Assembly: GCA_963693095.2 (NCBI GenBank)
Contig: OY843768.1
Location: 448,001-512,000, forward strand
From: Cenarchaeum sp.
GTDB lineage: Archaea; Thermoproteota; Nitrososphaeria; Nitrososphaerales; Nitrosopumilaceae
Direction: 5' to 3'
Length of the DNA stretch: 64,000 nucleotides
This document shows, one piece after another, positions 9,693 to 19,914 of this stretch. The notes under the pieces were generated by a model. That model was not told the origin of the DNA, made no database searches, and was given only the letters and a program-made list of their open reading frames with translations. Within the stretch, counting starts at the first letter, position 1. Each line of letters opens with the position of its first letter. Made by a program: the position numbers and the translations under genes.

Positions 9693-9811
9693 CGCATGGC
9701 ATCGGCAATCAGGCCGTAGAGAAAGTAGAACGCTATTCCGCCGCCGATTATGGCGACCCAAGCGGCAATGGCGCGTATCCTTGACACGACGCCGGTGCGC
9801 CGAGTGTCCAT
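9689..9811 (-). CDS. Small single-TM protein (40 aa)
   Basis: Sequence MDTRRTGVVSRIRAIAAWVAIIGGGIAFYFLYGLIADAMR; its stop overlaps the argF stop. Confidence 0.55.
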   Translation of the reverse strand: MDTRRTGVVSRIRAIAAWVAIIGGGIAFYFLYGLIADAMR

Positions 9812-9889
9812 AAATGAACGTATGCGGGGGTGGCGTCTCGATGCATGATCGTATGCCGACCCTCGCGGCCGACCTGGGGCGGCTTTCGG

Positions 9890-10150
9890 GGGCACCCGCA
9901 CGAGCATCGCAGGGCGATCCAGACCCTGGACTCCCACGGGGCCCGATCTCCCCACCGTCTGCGGCTGCACCGGTTGCCCACAGCGCGCTCTCACTTTGCG
10001 AGTATCCGCACGCTGTGCGCCATCATGGTGTACAGGAAGCAGAACAGGCGGCATCTCGGGTCGCGACTGCCGGTCCGGACCTGCGCGCTCTCCGGACTCG
10101 CGTAGCCGCTCTCGATTCCCCACCTCCGCGGGTTGGTGGGGTCGTCCTCT
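9890..10150 (+). pseudogene. Possible frameshifted transposase N-terminal remnant
   Basis: The fragments IRTLCAIMVYRKQNR and PDLRAL/ALSGLA lie in shifting frames and loosely resemble IS4/IS5-type N-termini. No intact ORF; located at an island edge. Confidence 0.25.
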
Positions 10151-10306
10151 AATCTGCCTATTTGCGTTTCGGGCGATCAGGAGGGCGTTTAAGCCCATTT
10201 CGGGCACGTGCCCTACTGGTATCTGGGGGTTACAGCCTTGCGGTGTGATTACTCCTGGTGCTCTGCCTGTGTGCACTAGGCACGACTAGACTAGGATGCA
10301 CTTAAA

Positions 10307-10948
10307 TTGTATCACGGGAAAACCCTGTGTCATGAATCCGTGGTGCGGCAGACTCCTCGTGATCGACACGTACCCCGTAGTTCAGAGAATCGGGGTGCTT
10401 GGCACTTGATACGCGAAAATGGCTCGTATGTAGGCCTAGACGACGCGACGCGCCAAAAATACCTCAATCGCAAGGCAGACTGCCAAATTGAGCCGTTTTT
10501 AAAGATGTTGAGAGTCCATGACCTAATAGAATGTGACGCCAACCCGCGCAAGGCAAAGCTGAAAACACGGATCAAGATTCAGAAATTTGTGTATTTTGCC
10601 CAAAAGTGTTTTGGGTTGGAATTTCGATATAGGCACAAACTGTACATCTATGGGCCATACTCGTCCGAGCTAGCTACTGACTATTTCCGAATCAAGGATA
10701 TAGCAAACATTCCAGATGGCGGACTGGATGACTGGAATCGCCGAGATGAATTCCTGGAATTTGCCAAAACCTATAATGATGAAACTTGGCTGGAGATTGG
10801 CGGCACTCTAGTGTATTTGTACAAGTCTGGCCACAAATCAAAGGAACGTCTGATCAAAAACGCTCACGTGGTCAAGCGCAAATACTCCAAAGAGCACATA
10901 GAAAGTGTTTGTTCTGATCTGCAAAGTGCTGAACTGATAAACCTGTGA
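10307..10948 (+). CDS. DUF4065/YwgA-like (Panacea/SocA-like) winged-helix protein; start uncertain
   Basis: Motif RIKIQKFVYFAQ...Y..YIYGPYSSEL plus a LEI..TL.YL helix; AT-rich DNA. Confidence 0.7.
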   Translation: MYHGKTLCHESVVRQTPRDRHVPRSSENRGAWHLIRENGSYVGLDDATRQKYLNRKADCQIEPFLKMLRVHDLIECDANPRKAKLKTRIKIQKFVYFAQKCFGLEFRYRHKLYIYGPYSSELATDYFRIKDIANIPDGGLDDWNRRDEFLEFAKTYNDETWLEIGGTLVYLYKSGHKSKERLIKNAHVVKRKYSKEHIESVCSDLQSAELINL

Positions 10949-11511
10949 TCTTTATGAGATTTTTGTGGTGGCTAACACTGGTTGCACTTGACATTGCATT
11001 CATCATTATGGTAATTATATTCGGCTTTCCATTTACTGAGGAGACTATGCAGATCATATTATTCGTAGTGTCTCTTAATGTTGGATTTATTGGAATTTTG
11101 TTGGGGCTAGAAGCTCGCTCAATCTCGCAAAACAGACATACTGCCATAAATAAATACGAGCGCCCGCACATAATTCGAACAATGGATATATTGCTTAGCG
11201 ATATATCAGAAACCATATCTAATATGAAACAATACGACCAGACAGACAAACCCGGGGCACTCACAATTGTTGAGTATGTTCATATGCGTGCTCAATGGCA
11301 TATGGAAACAATACGGTTACTCACACCCCAATTTCTTGATATTGGTTTGTCGGAGCATCATGTGCATTTAGAGAGCGTGCTTGTTGATCTGGGGATCATA
11401 GGATTTCCGGGAAAATCTTTCGACATGGGTGAACTTGTGGACATCTTTGACATGGTAATGGACAGTGTTTTTCAGGTAAGGGAAGACATGACAAATTCAC
11501 CAGATCTATAA
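10945..11511 (+). CDS. Hypothetical protein with two N-terminal TM helices and a soluble helical domain
   Basis: Hydrophobic residues ~1-55; 4-nt GTGA overlap with the upstream gene; AT-rich. Confidence 0.7.
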   Translation: MIFMRFLWWLTLVALDIAFIIMVIIFGFPFTEETMQIILFVVSLNVGFIGILLGLEARSISQNRHTAINKYERPHIIRTMDILLSDISETISNMKQYDQTDKPGALTIVEYVHMRAQWHMETIRLLTPQFLDIGLSEHHVHLESVLVDLGIIGFPGKSFDMGELVDIFDMVMDSVFQVREDMTNSPDL

Positions 11512-11915
11512 GCTGCTATAGATTAGATTTAACTGCTGTTCACGCCTGGGTCACAATTCATGTAAATGTGAGATCCTGCAGAAAACACAACAAGATTGCG
11601 TTTTGAACATGTGCTTTTTTAGGTGGTTATTTTGCAGAGTCAGTGTTGTCTAATATGCGCACGGGCGTGCCGCACAAATAGTGCGAGCAATAATGCCTTT
11701 TAGACCTGCCCCGTCACTTGCGTCAATCGCCACGGAGCGTTGCTGTGTGGGGACACATTGGGCGCACTTACCCCTGGCGCGCCAGGGATCAGATGCCTGT
11801 TTTATGGCCTGCATTGCGCTCAGAGCCAACTGCGCGGCCATGATCATGGAGAATCTGCGTCGGGGCCTGCGCGGCCACCTGCGGGCGCGCGTACACGCGC
11901 GGCACGGGGATTTGG

Positions 11916-11993
11916 TGGCGGACCCGACCGGACTCGAACCGGCGACCTAGCGCTCCGCAAGCGCTCGCACTATCCATGCTATGCAACGGGTCC
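11916..11993 (-). tRNA. tRNA-Arg(GCG), CCA genomically encoded
   Basis: Reverse complement GGACCCG...AGCGC-TT-GCG-GA-GCGCT...GGTTCGAGTCC...CGGGTCC-G-CCA forms a full cloverleaf. Confidence 0.96.
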
Positions 11994-12065
11994 GGCGCGA
12001 GGCCGCAAACGCCTCTTAATGTTGTTTGCGCAGCACCTACGCACAGGCGGGACAGGAGGGGTGGG

Positions 12066-12140
12066 CGGACCCGACCGGATTCGAACCGGCGACCTGGCGC
12101 TCCGGAAGCGCCCGCACTATCCATGCTATGCAACGGATCC
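12066..12140 (-). tRNA. tRNA-Arg(CCG)
   Basis: Reverse complement GGATCCG...GGCGC-TT-CCG-GA-GCGCC...GGTTCGAATCC...CGGGTCC-G; no encoded CCA. Confidence 0.96.
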
Positions 12141-12231
12141 ACCCCGAGCCCAGCAGAGGCCGCTTTATTCTGTTTGCCCCGCGTGCTCTCTGGCGCGAGG
12201 GTTAATAGAATCAGCCCGCTGCGGCCGGGCC

Positions 12232-12618
12232 ATGAGGACGTACACGGCGCTGCTCATCGCCGGCGTGGCGGCCATCGGCGTGATCGCCACAGTCGTGGCA
12301 GTCGACATTGGGCGCATCACGATCGCAACGCAGGACTATGACATCCGCGTGGACCCCATAGTCGACAGGCAGAACCTCTTTACGACGGCCAGGGTCACGG
12401 TCCAGAACATCGGCGCACGCGACCTCTCTGGCGTGACGGTCAACTTTGGCGGCGGCGACACGCTCCTCATCGGAGGCCTGGCAGCCGGCGAGCAGATGAT
12501 AGTCTCACCGCCGGAGGGCAACGCCATGGAGATGGTCGTCGTCACTGCAGACGGCGGCGTGCTTGCAGTCGGCGAGTACCGCGAGCCGCCAAAGATGGTC
12601 GGCATGATGGGCTCCTAG
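12232..12618 (+). CDS. Membrane-anchored hypothetical protein (small Ig/CARDB-like fold)
   Basis: N-terminal TM and the pattern VTVQNIG..LSGVTV..LAAGE; TTAATA box ~25 nt upstream. Confidence 0.75.
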   Translation: MRTYTALLIAGVAAIGVIATVVAVDIGRITIATQDYDIRVDPIVDRQNLFTTARVTVQNIGARDLSGVTVNFGGGDTLLIGGLAAGEQMIVSPPEGNAMEMVVVTADGGVLAVGEYREPPKMVGMMGS

Positions 12619-13482
12619 TCAGCGGCTTACCTGCATTGCAATGACTGTTGACATTATCTTTGCGGCCAGGGCTGCAGTGGAGCCGTTGTCGCAGGCGGGG
12701 TTGAGCTCGACAATGTCGGCGCAAACAATCCTGGACTCGCGCAGCGCACCGACCATGGAGAACAGCTCGCGTGATGTCATGCCGTCAGCCTCGGGATTGC
12801 CCACTCCGGGCGCGTATGCGGGATCTAGCGCGTCAAGATCAAAACTCGCATACGCAGAATCGTACGACGAGAGCGCGTCGGCGATCATGGCCGGACCCTT
12901 TCCGTTGCGCACGTCAGCCTCCGTGACAGTCGTTATCTTGCTCTCAGAGAGAAACGCGAGCTCCTCGGCTGCAAATGCCCTTGCGCCGACATGGACGATC
13001 CCCTCGCCGCCCCTGGCCTCGACTAGCCTGCGAAGGTATGACGCGTGGCTCTGGTGTGCGCCGGCGTACGAGTCCCTGAGGTCATAGTGCGCATCAAAGA
13101 CGACGTATCCGGTGTCGGCGCCAAACTGCGCATAGCTCCCAAGCGTCAGCAGGTGCTCGCCGCCGAGTATGACAGTCGGCATTGCGCTAGCTGCAAGCTC
13201 GGATGTCACCCTGCCGACCATCTCTAGCATCTCTGAGGCGACTACGGTCTGCTTTAGGTTCCCGTGGTCTGCGATGGCGACGCCCTCGAGGTCAACGCCG
13301 AGGCTGGCGTGAAACACCTCTATGTTGTTGAACGCCTCGCGTATGGCGTCCGGACCAAAGCGCGTGCCCGGCCTGTACGAGTGCGTCGAGTCAAAGGGCA
13401 CGCCAAAGACTGCTGCCTTCGCCTCGCCGTCGCCTCCCACAATGAGCGGGCCGCCGCCAGAGTACAGCTCTAGATAGCTCAA
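12619..13482 (-). CDS. speB: Agmatinase
   Basis: Ureohydrolase motifs GVPFD, PGTRFGP, GGEH, DAHYD, SFDLDALDPAYAPG and VELNP. Confidence 0.93.
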   Translation of the reverse strand: MSYLELYSGGGPLIVGGDGEAKAAVFGVPFDSTHSYRPGTRFGPDAIREAFNNIEVFHASLGVDLEGVAIADHGNLKQTVVASEMLEMVGRVTSELAASAMPTVILGGEHLLTLGSYAQFGADTGYVVFDAHYDLRDSYAGAHQSHASYLRRLVEARGGEGIVHVGARAFAAEELAFLSESKITTVTEADVRNGKGPAMIADALSSYDSAYASFDLDALDPAYAPGVGNPEADGMTSRELFSMVGALRESRIVCADIVELNPACDNGSTAALAAKIMSTVIAMQVSR

Positions 13483-13648
13483 TGCCTGCGCACCGCAGCG
13501 CCCAACTATAACAAACTATTGCCGATGCCCCGCAGGCCTGCTGTGTCGTGAGACGTGATATGGCCACCACGCTTGCGCGCATCCACGCCACTGCCACGTG
13601 CGCGCGGGCGCGAAACTGTTTTTAGAGCGCCTTGCGGCCGCCGTGGGC

Positions 13649-14377
13649 GTGGAGATTCAGCAGGCATACCGTGAGCTCGACGTTGGCGAGTCGTTCACGC
13701 AGGACGAGATAAAGGCAAAGTACCGCAAGCTCGTCCTCGAGCTCCATCCTGACCGCAGCGGGGCGCAGACTGGCGAGCGCCTCGGGAGGGTTACTGAGGC
13801 ATACCACACGCTAATGGAGTCCTCAGGCCACCGTGCGGCCGCACGCGAGCAGCGCGAGGCGCAGGGCGCACGCAACGCGAGTCGCCAGACGCCCCACGCG
13901 CAGCGGCGCGGCATGGCCGGAAGGGCCGACTCGGAGACGCCCACAGAGGACTGGTCGAGGTTCACCTCGGAGTTTGAGGCCGACGAGTCGTTCTGGAAAG
14001 AGTACGAGCGCAACTTTTGGCAGGATTACGAGAGGCGGCGCGCCGACACGTCCGGCGAGCCGGCCGAGCAGTCCGCCGGCGACGATGCGCAGGGGCAGGA
14101 TGCCGAACCGGCGCAGCAGCCGACGGCGCGGACGCGTGCGGTTCCGCGCATGGACGTGAACATCGACAAGAGCCTATGCATTGGGTGCTGCAGTTGCGAG
14201 ACTATCGCCCCGTCGGTGTTCTGCGTCGACAAGGAGTCGCAGGTGAACCCAAAGTCCAGCGTGACAGACCCCCTGGGTGCTGATGCAGAGACCATAATGG
14301 ATGCCGCCGAGACGTGCCCGACAAAGGCCATCATTGTCAACGATGTGGCCAGGCGCAGGCGCATATACCCGCTCTAG
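13649..14377 (+). CDS. DnaJ-ferredoxin fusion protein
   Basis: J-domain with HPD and a C-terminal ferredoxin CIGCCSC...CPTKAI; start placed at GTG 13649. Confidence 0.9.
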   Translation: MEIQQAYRELDVGESFTQDEIKAKYRKLVLELHPDRSGAQTGERLGRVTEAYHTLMESSGHRAAAREQREAQGARNASRQTPHAQRRGMAGRADSETPTEDWSRFTSEFEADESFWKEYERNFWQDYERRRADTSGEPAEQSAGDDAQGQDAEPAQQPTARTRAVPRMDVNIDKSLCIGCCSCETIAPSVFCVDKESQVNPKSSVTDPLGADAETIMDAAETCPTKAIIVNDVARRRRIYPL

Positions 14378-14787
14378 GAATTTCGAATCGCGTCAAGCTC
14401 GGATGCGAGATCCGCGTCATCTGCCTTTGCCCCGGCGGCGCCGAACATGGAGTGGACAGGTCCGGCCCCGTCACTGGCGCTTCGCGGTATTATGTGAACG
14501 TGGACGTGCCCGACCTCCTGGCCTGCCAGCTTGCCGTTGTGGACTGCGACTAGCGCATCGCCGTGGAGGCGTCTGATGCGTGCGGTGACGCGCCTGGCAA
14601 GCTCAAACGTGGCGGCGCACTCGGCCTCGCCCATCTCCTCCATGCGCTCCCTGTGTGCCCTTGGCACTACTAGGGAGTGGCCGCGCGCAAGCGGAAACGC
14701 GTCAAGGAATGCGATCGCAAGGTCTGACTCTTCTATGACGTGCGCACTGATGCCACCTGATGCAATCTCGCAAAATATGCACGCCAA
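14374..14787 (-). CDS. HIT family hydrolase
   Basis: Motifs CIFC, GHSLVVP and QEVGHVHVHIIPR. Confidence 0.93.
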   Translation of the reverse strand: MACIFCEIASGGISAHVIEESDLAIAFLDAFPLARGHSLVVPRAHRERMEEMGEAECAATFELARRVTARIRRLHGDALVAVHNGKLAGQEVGHVHVHIIPRSASDGAGPVHSMFGAAGAKADDADLASELDAIRNS

Positions 14788-14794
14788 TGGGCGC

Positions 14795-15085
14795 TCACCG
14801 AATTTCCGCTATGCGTGCCCACGCAAGATCCTTGCCATAGACTATCGTCACGTTGGTTCCGACCGGCACGTCGCACCCTGATATCGTCTTTGGCACGCCG
14901 TCTGCCGAGTCCGCATAGCACACGCCGTCAGCGCTTGCGAGGATCGTCGTGTCCTCATACACGTCCTCGCGTATGAGGTTCCAGAATGGAAAGACTAGCG
15001 TGGCGATGACTATTCCGGCCCCCGCTATGGCGCCAAGAAATATGATCATGTGCTTTTTGGACTCGCTGATCTCCAAGTCTACCAC
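14795..15085 (-). CDS. Membrane-anchored hypothetical protein; start uncertain
   Basis: TM IIFLGAIAGAGIVIATLVFPF followed by a small beta domain with two Cys. Confidence 0.65.
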   Translation of the reverse strand: MVDLEISESKKHMIIFLGAIAGAGIVIATLVFPFWNLIREDVYEDTTILASADGVCYADSADGVPKTISGCDVPVGTNVTIVYGKDLAWARIAEIR

Positions 15086-15243
15086 ATCCCGCCGTCGCCG
15101 CCCTGCGCGTCGGGCTTTTTCTCCGGCACGTTGCCGTGGGCCTTCTTGGCGTGGCGCGCGAGGCGCTCTGGCGTGTGGAGCTCCATGCCGCACTCGGGGC
15201 ACTTTGTGCCGCCGTCGTCCTTGTGCCTTCCAAATAGGCCCAT
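15079..15243 (-). CDS. Small C2H2 zinc-finger protein (54 aa), missing from the ORF track
   Basis: Translated by hand: MGLFGRHKDDGGTKCPECGMELHTPERLARHAKKAHGNVPEKKPDAQGGDGGMW*. A shared TATTATAA box lies at ~15266. Confidence 0.85.
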   Translation of the reverse strand: MGLFGRHKDDGGTKCPECGMELHTPERLARHAKKAHGNVPEKKPDAQGGDGGMW

Positions 15244-15296
15244 GTGCGCCCCCGCGCTGCAAATGTATTATAAGGATATGTGGCGCGCACGCGCCC

Positions 15297-16439
15297 ATGG
15301 CGGGCAGGCGAATCGCGGTTCTGGGCTCCGGTGTCATGGGCCACGGGATCGCGCAGGTCTCGGCGATCGCAGGCCATGATGTGGCCATGCGCGACATTGA
15401 GCGCGCCTTTCTCGACCGTGCCATGGAGAAGATACGCTGGAGCCTCGACAAGATGGCCTCCAAGGGCAAGATTGCGCCGGCCGAGGCCGATGCGGCCTTT
15501 TCGCGCATACGAGCCGAGACGGACCTGGGCTCTGCCCTCGAGGGCGCAGACATGGTCATCGAGGCGGTTCCCGAGACGATGGACCTCAAGCGCCGCGTCT
15601 ATGCGGACCTTGATGCGGCAACGCGTGGGCGCGACATTTTGTTTGCGTCCAACACGAGCACGCTGCCGATAACGGAGATCGCCTCGACGCTTGAGCGCCC
15701 CAAAAAGTTCATCGGAATCCACTTTTTCAACCCGCCGCAGCTCATGCGCCTCGTCGAGGTCATACCCGGCAGGGAGACAGACGAGTCAGTCACCGAGTCG
15801 ACGATCGAGTATGTCAGGTCAGTCGGCAAGGAGCCCGTACTCTGCGCGCGCGACGTGCCGGGCTTTATCGTCAACCGCCTGTTCATACCGCTGGTCCACG
15901 AGGCGTGCCACACAATGGACGCCAACGGGAGCACAAGGGAGGAGATCGACTCGGCAGTGCGCTTTACGCTCGGCTTCCCGATGGGAATACTCGAGCTCGC
16001 CGACTTTACTGGCCTCGATGTCATCCACAAGGCCACACAAGAGATGCACAGCAGGGACAAAAAGGTGATACGCCCGCACTCTACAGTCGAGCGCCTGTAC
16101 GGCGAGAAAAAGCTCGGCCAAAAGTCAGGCGAGGGCTTTTACGGGTATTCAAAGGAAAAGTACGAGCGCGTTGGACTCTCTGAGGATCTCGCAGGCGCGT
16201 GTGATCCGGTTCGCATAGCTGCCGTGCTCGCAAACAATGCGGCATGGCTCATCAGCAATAATGTCGCCGACATTGAGACTATCGAGCGTGCGGCATCCCT
16301 TGGCCTCGGGATGAAGATGTCAATACGCGATATCGTCACAAAGTTTGGCGCCTCGGCACTCGCCGACAGGCTGCGCGCGCTTGCCGCCTCTGAGGGCGAG
16401 TTTTACTCGCCAGACAGGTCACTAGAGTCACTTGCGTGA
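15297..16439 (+). CDS. 3-hydroxyacyl-CoA (3-hydroxybutyryl-CoA) dehydrogenase
   Basis: Motifs GSGVMGHGIA, IEAVPE, ASNTSTL, HFFNP and PGFIVNR. Confidence 0.93.
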   Translation: MAGRRIAVLGSGVMGHGIAQVSAIAGHDVAMRDIERAFLDRAMEKIRWSLDKMASKGKIAPAEADAAFSRIRAETDLGSALEGADMVIEAVPETMDLKRRVYADLDAATRGRDILFASNTSTLPITEIASTLERPKKFIGIHFFNPPQLMRLVEVIPGRETDESVTESTIEYVRSVGKEPVLCARDVPGFIVNRLFIPLVHEACHTMDANGSTREEIDSAVRFTLGFPMGILELADFTGLDVIHKATQEMHSRDKKVIRPHSTVERLYGEKKLGQKSGEGFYGYSKEKYERVGLSEDLAGACDPVRIAAVLANNAAWLISNNVADIETIERAASLGLGMKMSIRDIVTKFGASALADRLRALAASEGEFYSPDRSLESLA

Positions 16440-16445
16440 TGCGCG

Positions 16446-16889
16446 CTAGGAAATCCTTGTTGCGACCGTGGCGAGGTCAGAGTCATACCATGTGGCCGCT
16501 GACTCGGCGCCAGAGGGCGCAGGGAGGTTTATCGCAATGTGCGCAAACATGCGCGATGCCGACGTCGAGCCGTGCGTGTGGAGCTCACCGGCCTTGATGT
16601 GCGCGACGCTGCCGGCCACTAGGCGCATGCGCGAGACCTTCCTGATGTGCCCGCGCCTCCCTGATGCGCCGCGCCTTGCGTATTTTACGAGGCTGCCGCT
16701 TCCGGCAACGCCTATGAGTATCTGAGGGCCGGTGTGCGAGTGGAGCTTTGTGCGTGCCCCTGAATAAAACCTCACATCAAAGGCGCGCGCGGCCTCGCGG
16801 CTCCCCATCTTGACTGCCTCGACTAGCCTGACTCTGCCCGTAAAATAGTCCGGTCTTGCGCGTGCTGATGCGGCCTTGCGTGCCATCAC
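16446..16889 (-). CDS. Cupin domain protein
   Basis: Motifs YFTG.V, LHSH.G.Q and G..AHIKAGELHTHG. Confidence 0.8.
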   Translation of the reverse strand: MMARKAASARARPDYFTGRVRLVEAVKMGSREAARAFDVRFYSGARTKLHSHTGPQILIGVAGSGSLVKYARRGASGRRGHIRKVSRMRLVAGSVAHIKAGELHTHGSTSASRMFAHIAINLPAPSGAESAATWYDSDLATVATRIS

Positions 16890-16962
16890 GCGGGCCGCGC
16901 GCGAATGGGCGTATATACCATGCGCGCTAGGTTAAAAGGCGCCGCCGTGTCCACGCGCGCGC

Positions 16963-17679
16963 ATGAGGACCATCATGGAGTGCTCGCCGCGAAACGTCGT
17001 GCTGCGCCGCAAGGTCGACGATGCGGGGGCAAAGGCGACCGTGGAGGCAAGAAAGGCATCACAGTTCCGCACGCTCCTCTCCTCGCCGTCGCGCTCGGAG
17101 ATTCACACGCACTCTGTGCGCGTGGCATACGAGGCGACGACCATGCTAAAGGGGACATACCGCGCCAGCTATCACCGCAAGGCGATCCACACGATACGCG
17201 TGGATCCAAACGTCAGGAGGGTCGAGGTTGGCGATGGCACGTTTGACGTGCGGCCAGCCTCGAGGGTGAGTCGCGCCATCTCTGGGCGGGCCTCATCACG
17301 CAAGGTCGACGTCGAGCTCGAGGAGTTTGTCCTAGATGAGCGCGAGGGGACCGTCTTTGTCGACCATCACGGCCACGTGACAAAGTTTGCGCACAAGCTC
17401 CGACGCGATGCCGTTGAGGCGTACCCGAGGCGCGTCCTAGCCTCTGCCGAGCTTGTGCGCGAGCCAGAGATGGCACATGATGGGCTAGTTGACTGCCTCA
17501 GGGAGGCAATCTCGCCAGAACCATTGCGTGATGACGTGCGGGATCTAGAGGACACGATCACGGTGACTGACATGGCTCGCATATACGCGCCTGTCATCGA
17601 GGCGAGGCTAGTCGGCCCAAAGAGGCGCGTGCGCATACTTCGAATCGACGCAATAAGCCGTCGCGTGCTCAAAGCTTGA
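16963..17679 (+). CDS. Hypothetical protein
   Basis: 238-aa ORF with host-like codon usage; TTAAAA box upstream. Confidence 0.7.
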   Translation: MRTIMECSPRNVVLRRKVDDAGAKATVEARKASQFRTLLSSPSRSEIHTHSVRVAYEATTMLKGTYRASYHRKAIHTIRVDPNVRRVEVGDGTFDVRPASRVSRAISGRASSRKVDVELEEFVLDEREGTVFVDHHGHVTKFAHKLRRDAVEAYPRRVLASAELVREPEMAHDGLVDCLREAISPEPLRDDVRDLEDTITVTDMARIYAPVIEARLVGPKRRVRILRIDAISRRVLKA

Positions 17680-18487
17680 GCATCTTTCTGACCCGCCTGT
17701 CACCGGCGAGCGGCTCAAAGGCGGCCTCTGCGCGAGCCCATGCCCTTATCGTCTTTGAGTCCTTTTTCATGGCGCGCGCGAGCATCTCGATTGACTCCTC
17801 ATCGCGCCGCAGTGATGCGAGGCTTCTGGCCATGGCATATGACACGCTCGCATTGTCGGCATGGCTGCGCGGAAGCCTGCCAAACGTGCCTAGCGCATCC
17901 TCGTGCCTTCCAAGCTCGGCAAGCTCTATTCCCTTGTGAAACAGCGCATCCATGTGGCCCGAGTCGGCCCTGAGTGTCGCATCAAAGCAGCCTAGCGCAT
18001 CCTCGTGCCTGTTCATGCTGCCTAGTACGACTCCGCGGTAAAAGTGCGCGTTTGCGTTCTTTGGCCCGAGGCGCACTGCGGCCTCGATGCACTCGAGGGC
18101 CTCCTCGTTCCTGCCGAGGCGGTGGTGGAGGACGCCCATGTTAAAGTGCGCAGCGGCGTGCCGGGGATCCGCCTCGAGGGCCGCCTCGTATGCCTCGATC
18201 GCCCCGTCTGTGTTGCCCATCTCGGCGAGCGATATGGCCTTGTTGTTGAGCGCGCGAACCTCGCGCGGGGAGACCTCGAGGGCCGCATCAAAGCACGTTA
18301 TGGCATCAGAGTACTTTTTGATCTGGTTTAGGGCGATCCCGCGATCACAGAGCGCGCGCACGTTTTTCGGGTCATCCTTGACTATCCTGCCTAGGAGCAC
18401 GGCGGCGGCCTTTGCGTTGCCCTTGCGCATCATCTCGCGCGCCTGGCGCGCCATCTCCCTAGAGTCGGCATTTCCGGAGAATATCAA
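17669..18487 (-). CDS. TPR repeat protein
   Basis: About seven 34-aa repeats (A...KG..L..LGR.EEAL..FD.AL). Confidence 0.9.
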   Translation of the reverse strand: MIFSGNADSREMARQAREMMRKGNAKAAAVLLGRIVKDDPKNVRALCDRGIALNQIKKYSDAITCFDAALEVSPREVRALNNKAISLAEMGNTDGAIEAYEAALEADPRHAAAHFNMGVLHHRLGRNEEALECIEAAVRLGPKNANAHFYRGVVLGSMNRHEDALGCFDATLRADSGHMDALFHKGIELAELGRHEDALGTFGRLPRSHADNASVSYAMARSLASLRRDEESIEMLARAMKKDSKTIRAWARAEAAFEPLAGDRRVRKMLKL

Positions 18488-19800
18488 GCCCGCCTGCCCC
18501 CAAGCGTGGCCGAAAAGCGACCCGCCGCGTCAATGAGCGCGCGAATGTCGGCCCTGGTGTGCGCCGCCGAGACTGCGCCGAGCTTGCCGGGCAAAAAGAA
18601 TATGCCGTCGCGCGCGATCATCTCAAAGTGAAACCGGTGCAGGAGCTCAGTGTCGCAGCGTGCGGCGTCTGCAGCACTGCGAACCTCCCTGCCGTCCTGC
18701 GCAAAGTGGGCCATGAACAGGGATCCCGTCCCCGTTGTCGTGACGCGCCCGTCAAACGCGCGCCTCAGGCCGTCGCGCGCCATCTTGCCGAGTGTGCCAA
18801 TCCTGCCATATAGCGACTTGCGCGCGCGCAGCGCGCGAAGCGTCGCCAGGCCCGCTGTCATTGATGCGGGATTTGCCGAGAACGTCCCGCCCCCGACATA
18901 TGACCTCGTGTCCTTTCCAAATGCTGACGTGTCGGCCACGCGCATTGACTCGTCCAGGCCGCACATTGCGCCGATGGGCATGCCGCCGCCGATTATCTTT
19001 CCGAGCGTGACAATGTCAGGCTCCAGGCGCATCGTGGGATACATGCAGCCCAGCCTGAAGCGAAAGCCCGTGACGATCTCGTCTAGCACAAAAAGTGCGC
19101 CACACGAGTGCGCAAACTCCTGCAGTCCGCGCATATAGTCGCGCTCTGAGGGAACGCATCCGCCGCCGCCGAGAACCGGCTCGACTACAATGCACGCAAG
19201 GTCGCGCCTCACGCGGCGCAGCATGCGCAGCGAGCCCTCGAGATCATTGTGCGGCAGCGAGACTATCTTTTCCTCGTTGAGCACGCCGCGCGACTCTGAG
19301 CCAAACGGCCAGTTGACTGACTTTAGCAGGTCAGATGCGTACCCGTGCCACCCTCCGTCGACCTTTGCAACAGTGTCCCTCTTGGTCTGCGCGCGCGCAA
19401 TGCGCGCGGCATACATCACGGCCTCGGTTCCCGAGCTCACATAGCGCGTCTTTTCTGCCACGCGAACGGATCTTGCAATCTCCTCGGTCAGCGCAATCGA
19501 CGGCTCGCTCACAGTCCCGTGCATCCAGCCGCGCCCAAGCTGTGACGCTATGGCGCGCCTTACTGTCGGCGGGGCGTGGCCGAGCACGAGTGCCCAGTGG
19601 CCCATCCAGTAGTCAGTATAGCTGTTCGAGTCGACATCGACTATGGTCTGCGCGCGCGCGGACCTGGTGACAAAGGGGTATGGGTCAAAGTGGCGTATGT
19701 TGTGGTGCACGCCATTGACGTGGAGCCTTGAGGACGTGGCATGCAGCCTTTGTGAGCGCGGCGTCTTTTGCCTGTATGCTGACTCGGCGTCCTCCCGCAT
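18484..19800 (-). CDS. hemL: Class-III PLP aminotransferase, glutamate-1-semialdehyde 2,1-aminomutase-like
   Basis: Motifs [34 protein letters not shown] and GTFSANP. Confidence 0.8.
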   Translation of the reverse strand: MREDAESAYRQKTPRSQRLHATSSRLHVNGVHHNIRHFDPYPFVTRSARAQTIVDVDSNSYTDYWMGHWALVLGHAPPTVRRAIASQLGRGWMHGTVSEPSIALTEEIARSVRVAEKTRYVSSGTEAVMYAARIARAQTKRDTVAKVDGGWHGYASDLLKSVNWPFGSESRGVLNEEKIVSLPHNDLEGSLRMLRRVRRDLACIVVEPVLGGGGCVPSERDYMRGLQEFAHSCGALFVLDEIVTGFRFRLGCMYPTMRLEPDIVTLGKIIGGGMPIGAMCGLDESMRVADTSAFGKDTRSYVGGGTFSANPASMTAGLATLRALRARKSLYGRIGTLGKMARDGLRRAFDGRVTTTGTGSLFMAHFAQDGREVRSAADAARCDTELLHRFHFEMIARDGIFFLPGKLGAVSAAHTRADIRALIDAAGRFSATLGGRRA

Positions 19801-19914
19801 GGCCGGCCATGCGCGGGCATCTGTACTTTAACCACTCGGAGCGCAGTACGGTACTTTGTCTGCCATTGTGGCCATGATCGGCACTGTTGGCGCCATTTCG
19901 TGATGCGATCACCC

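Noticed and set aside
9829-9835. GGTGGCG matching the tRNA-Arg 3' end as an att site
   Set aside because: It is only 7 bp in GC-rich DNA and no integrase is present.
9830-10290. SRP RNA or RNase P RNA near ftsY
   Set aside because: I could not find the RNase P GAGGAAAGUCC / ACAGAA..GGCUUA motifs or a proper SRP helix-8 on either strand.
11740-12231. N-terminal extension of the 292-aa ORF with an internal peptide repeat
   Set aside because: The repeat is the antisense reading of the two tRNA-Arg genes. The real start is ATG 12232.
13649-14377. DnaJ-ferredoxin fusion as a novelty
   Set aside because: This is an already described thaumarchaeal/plant protein family.
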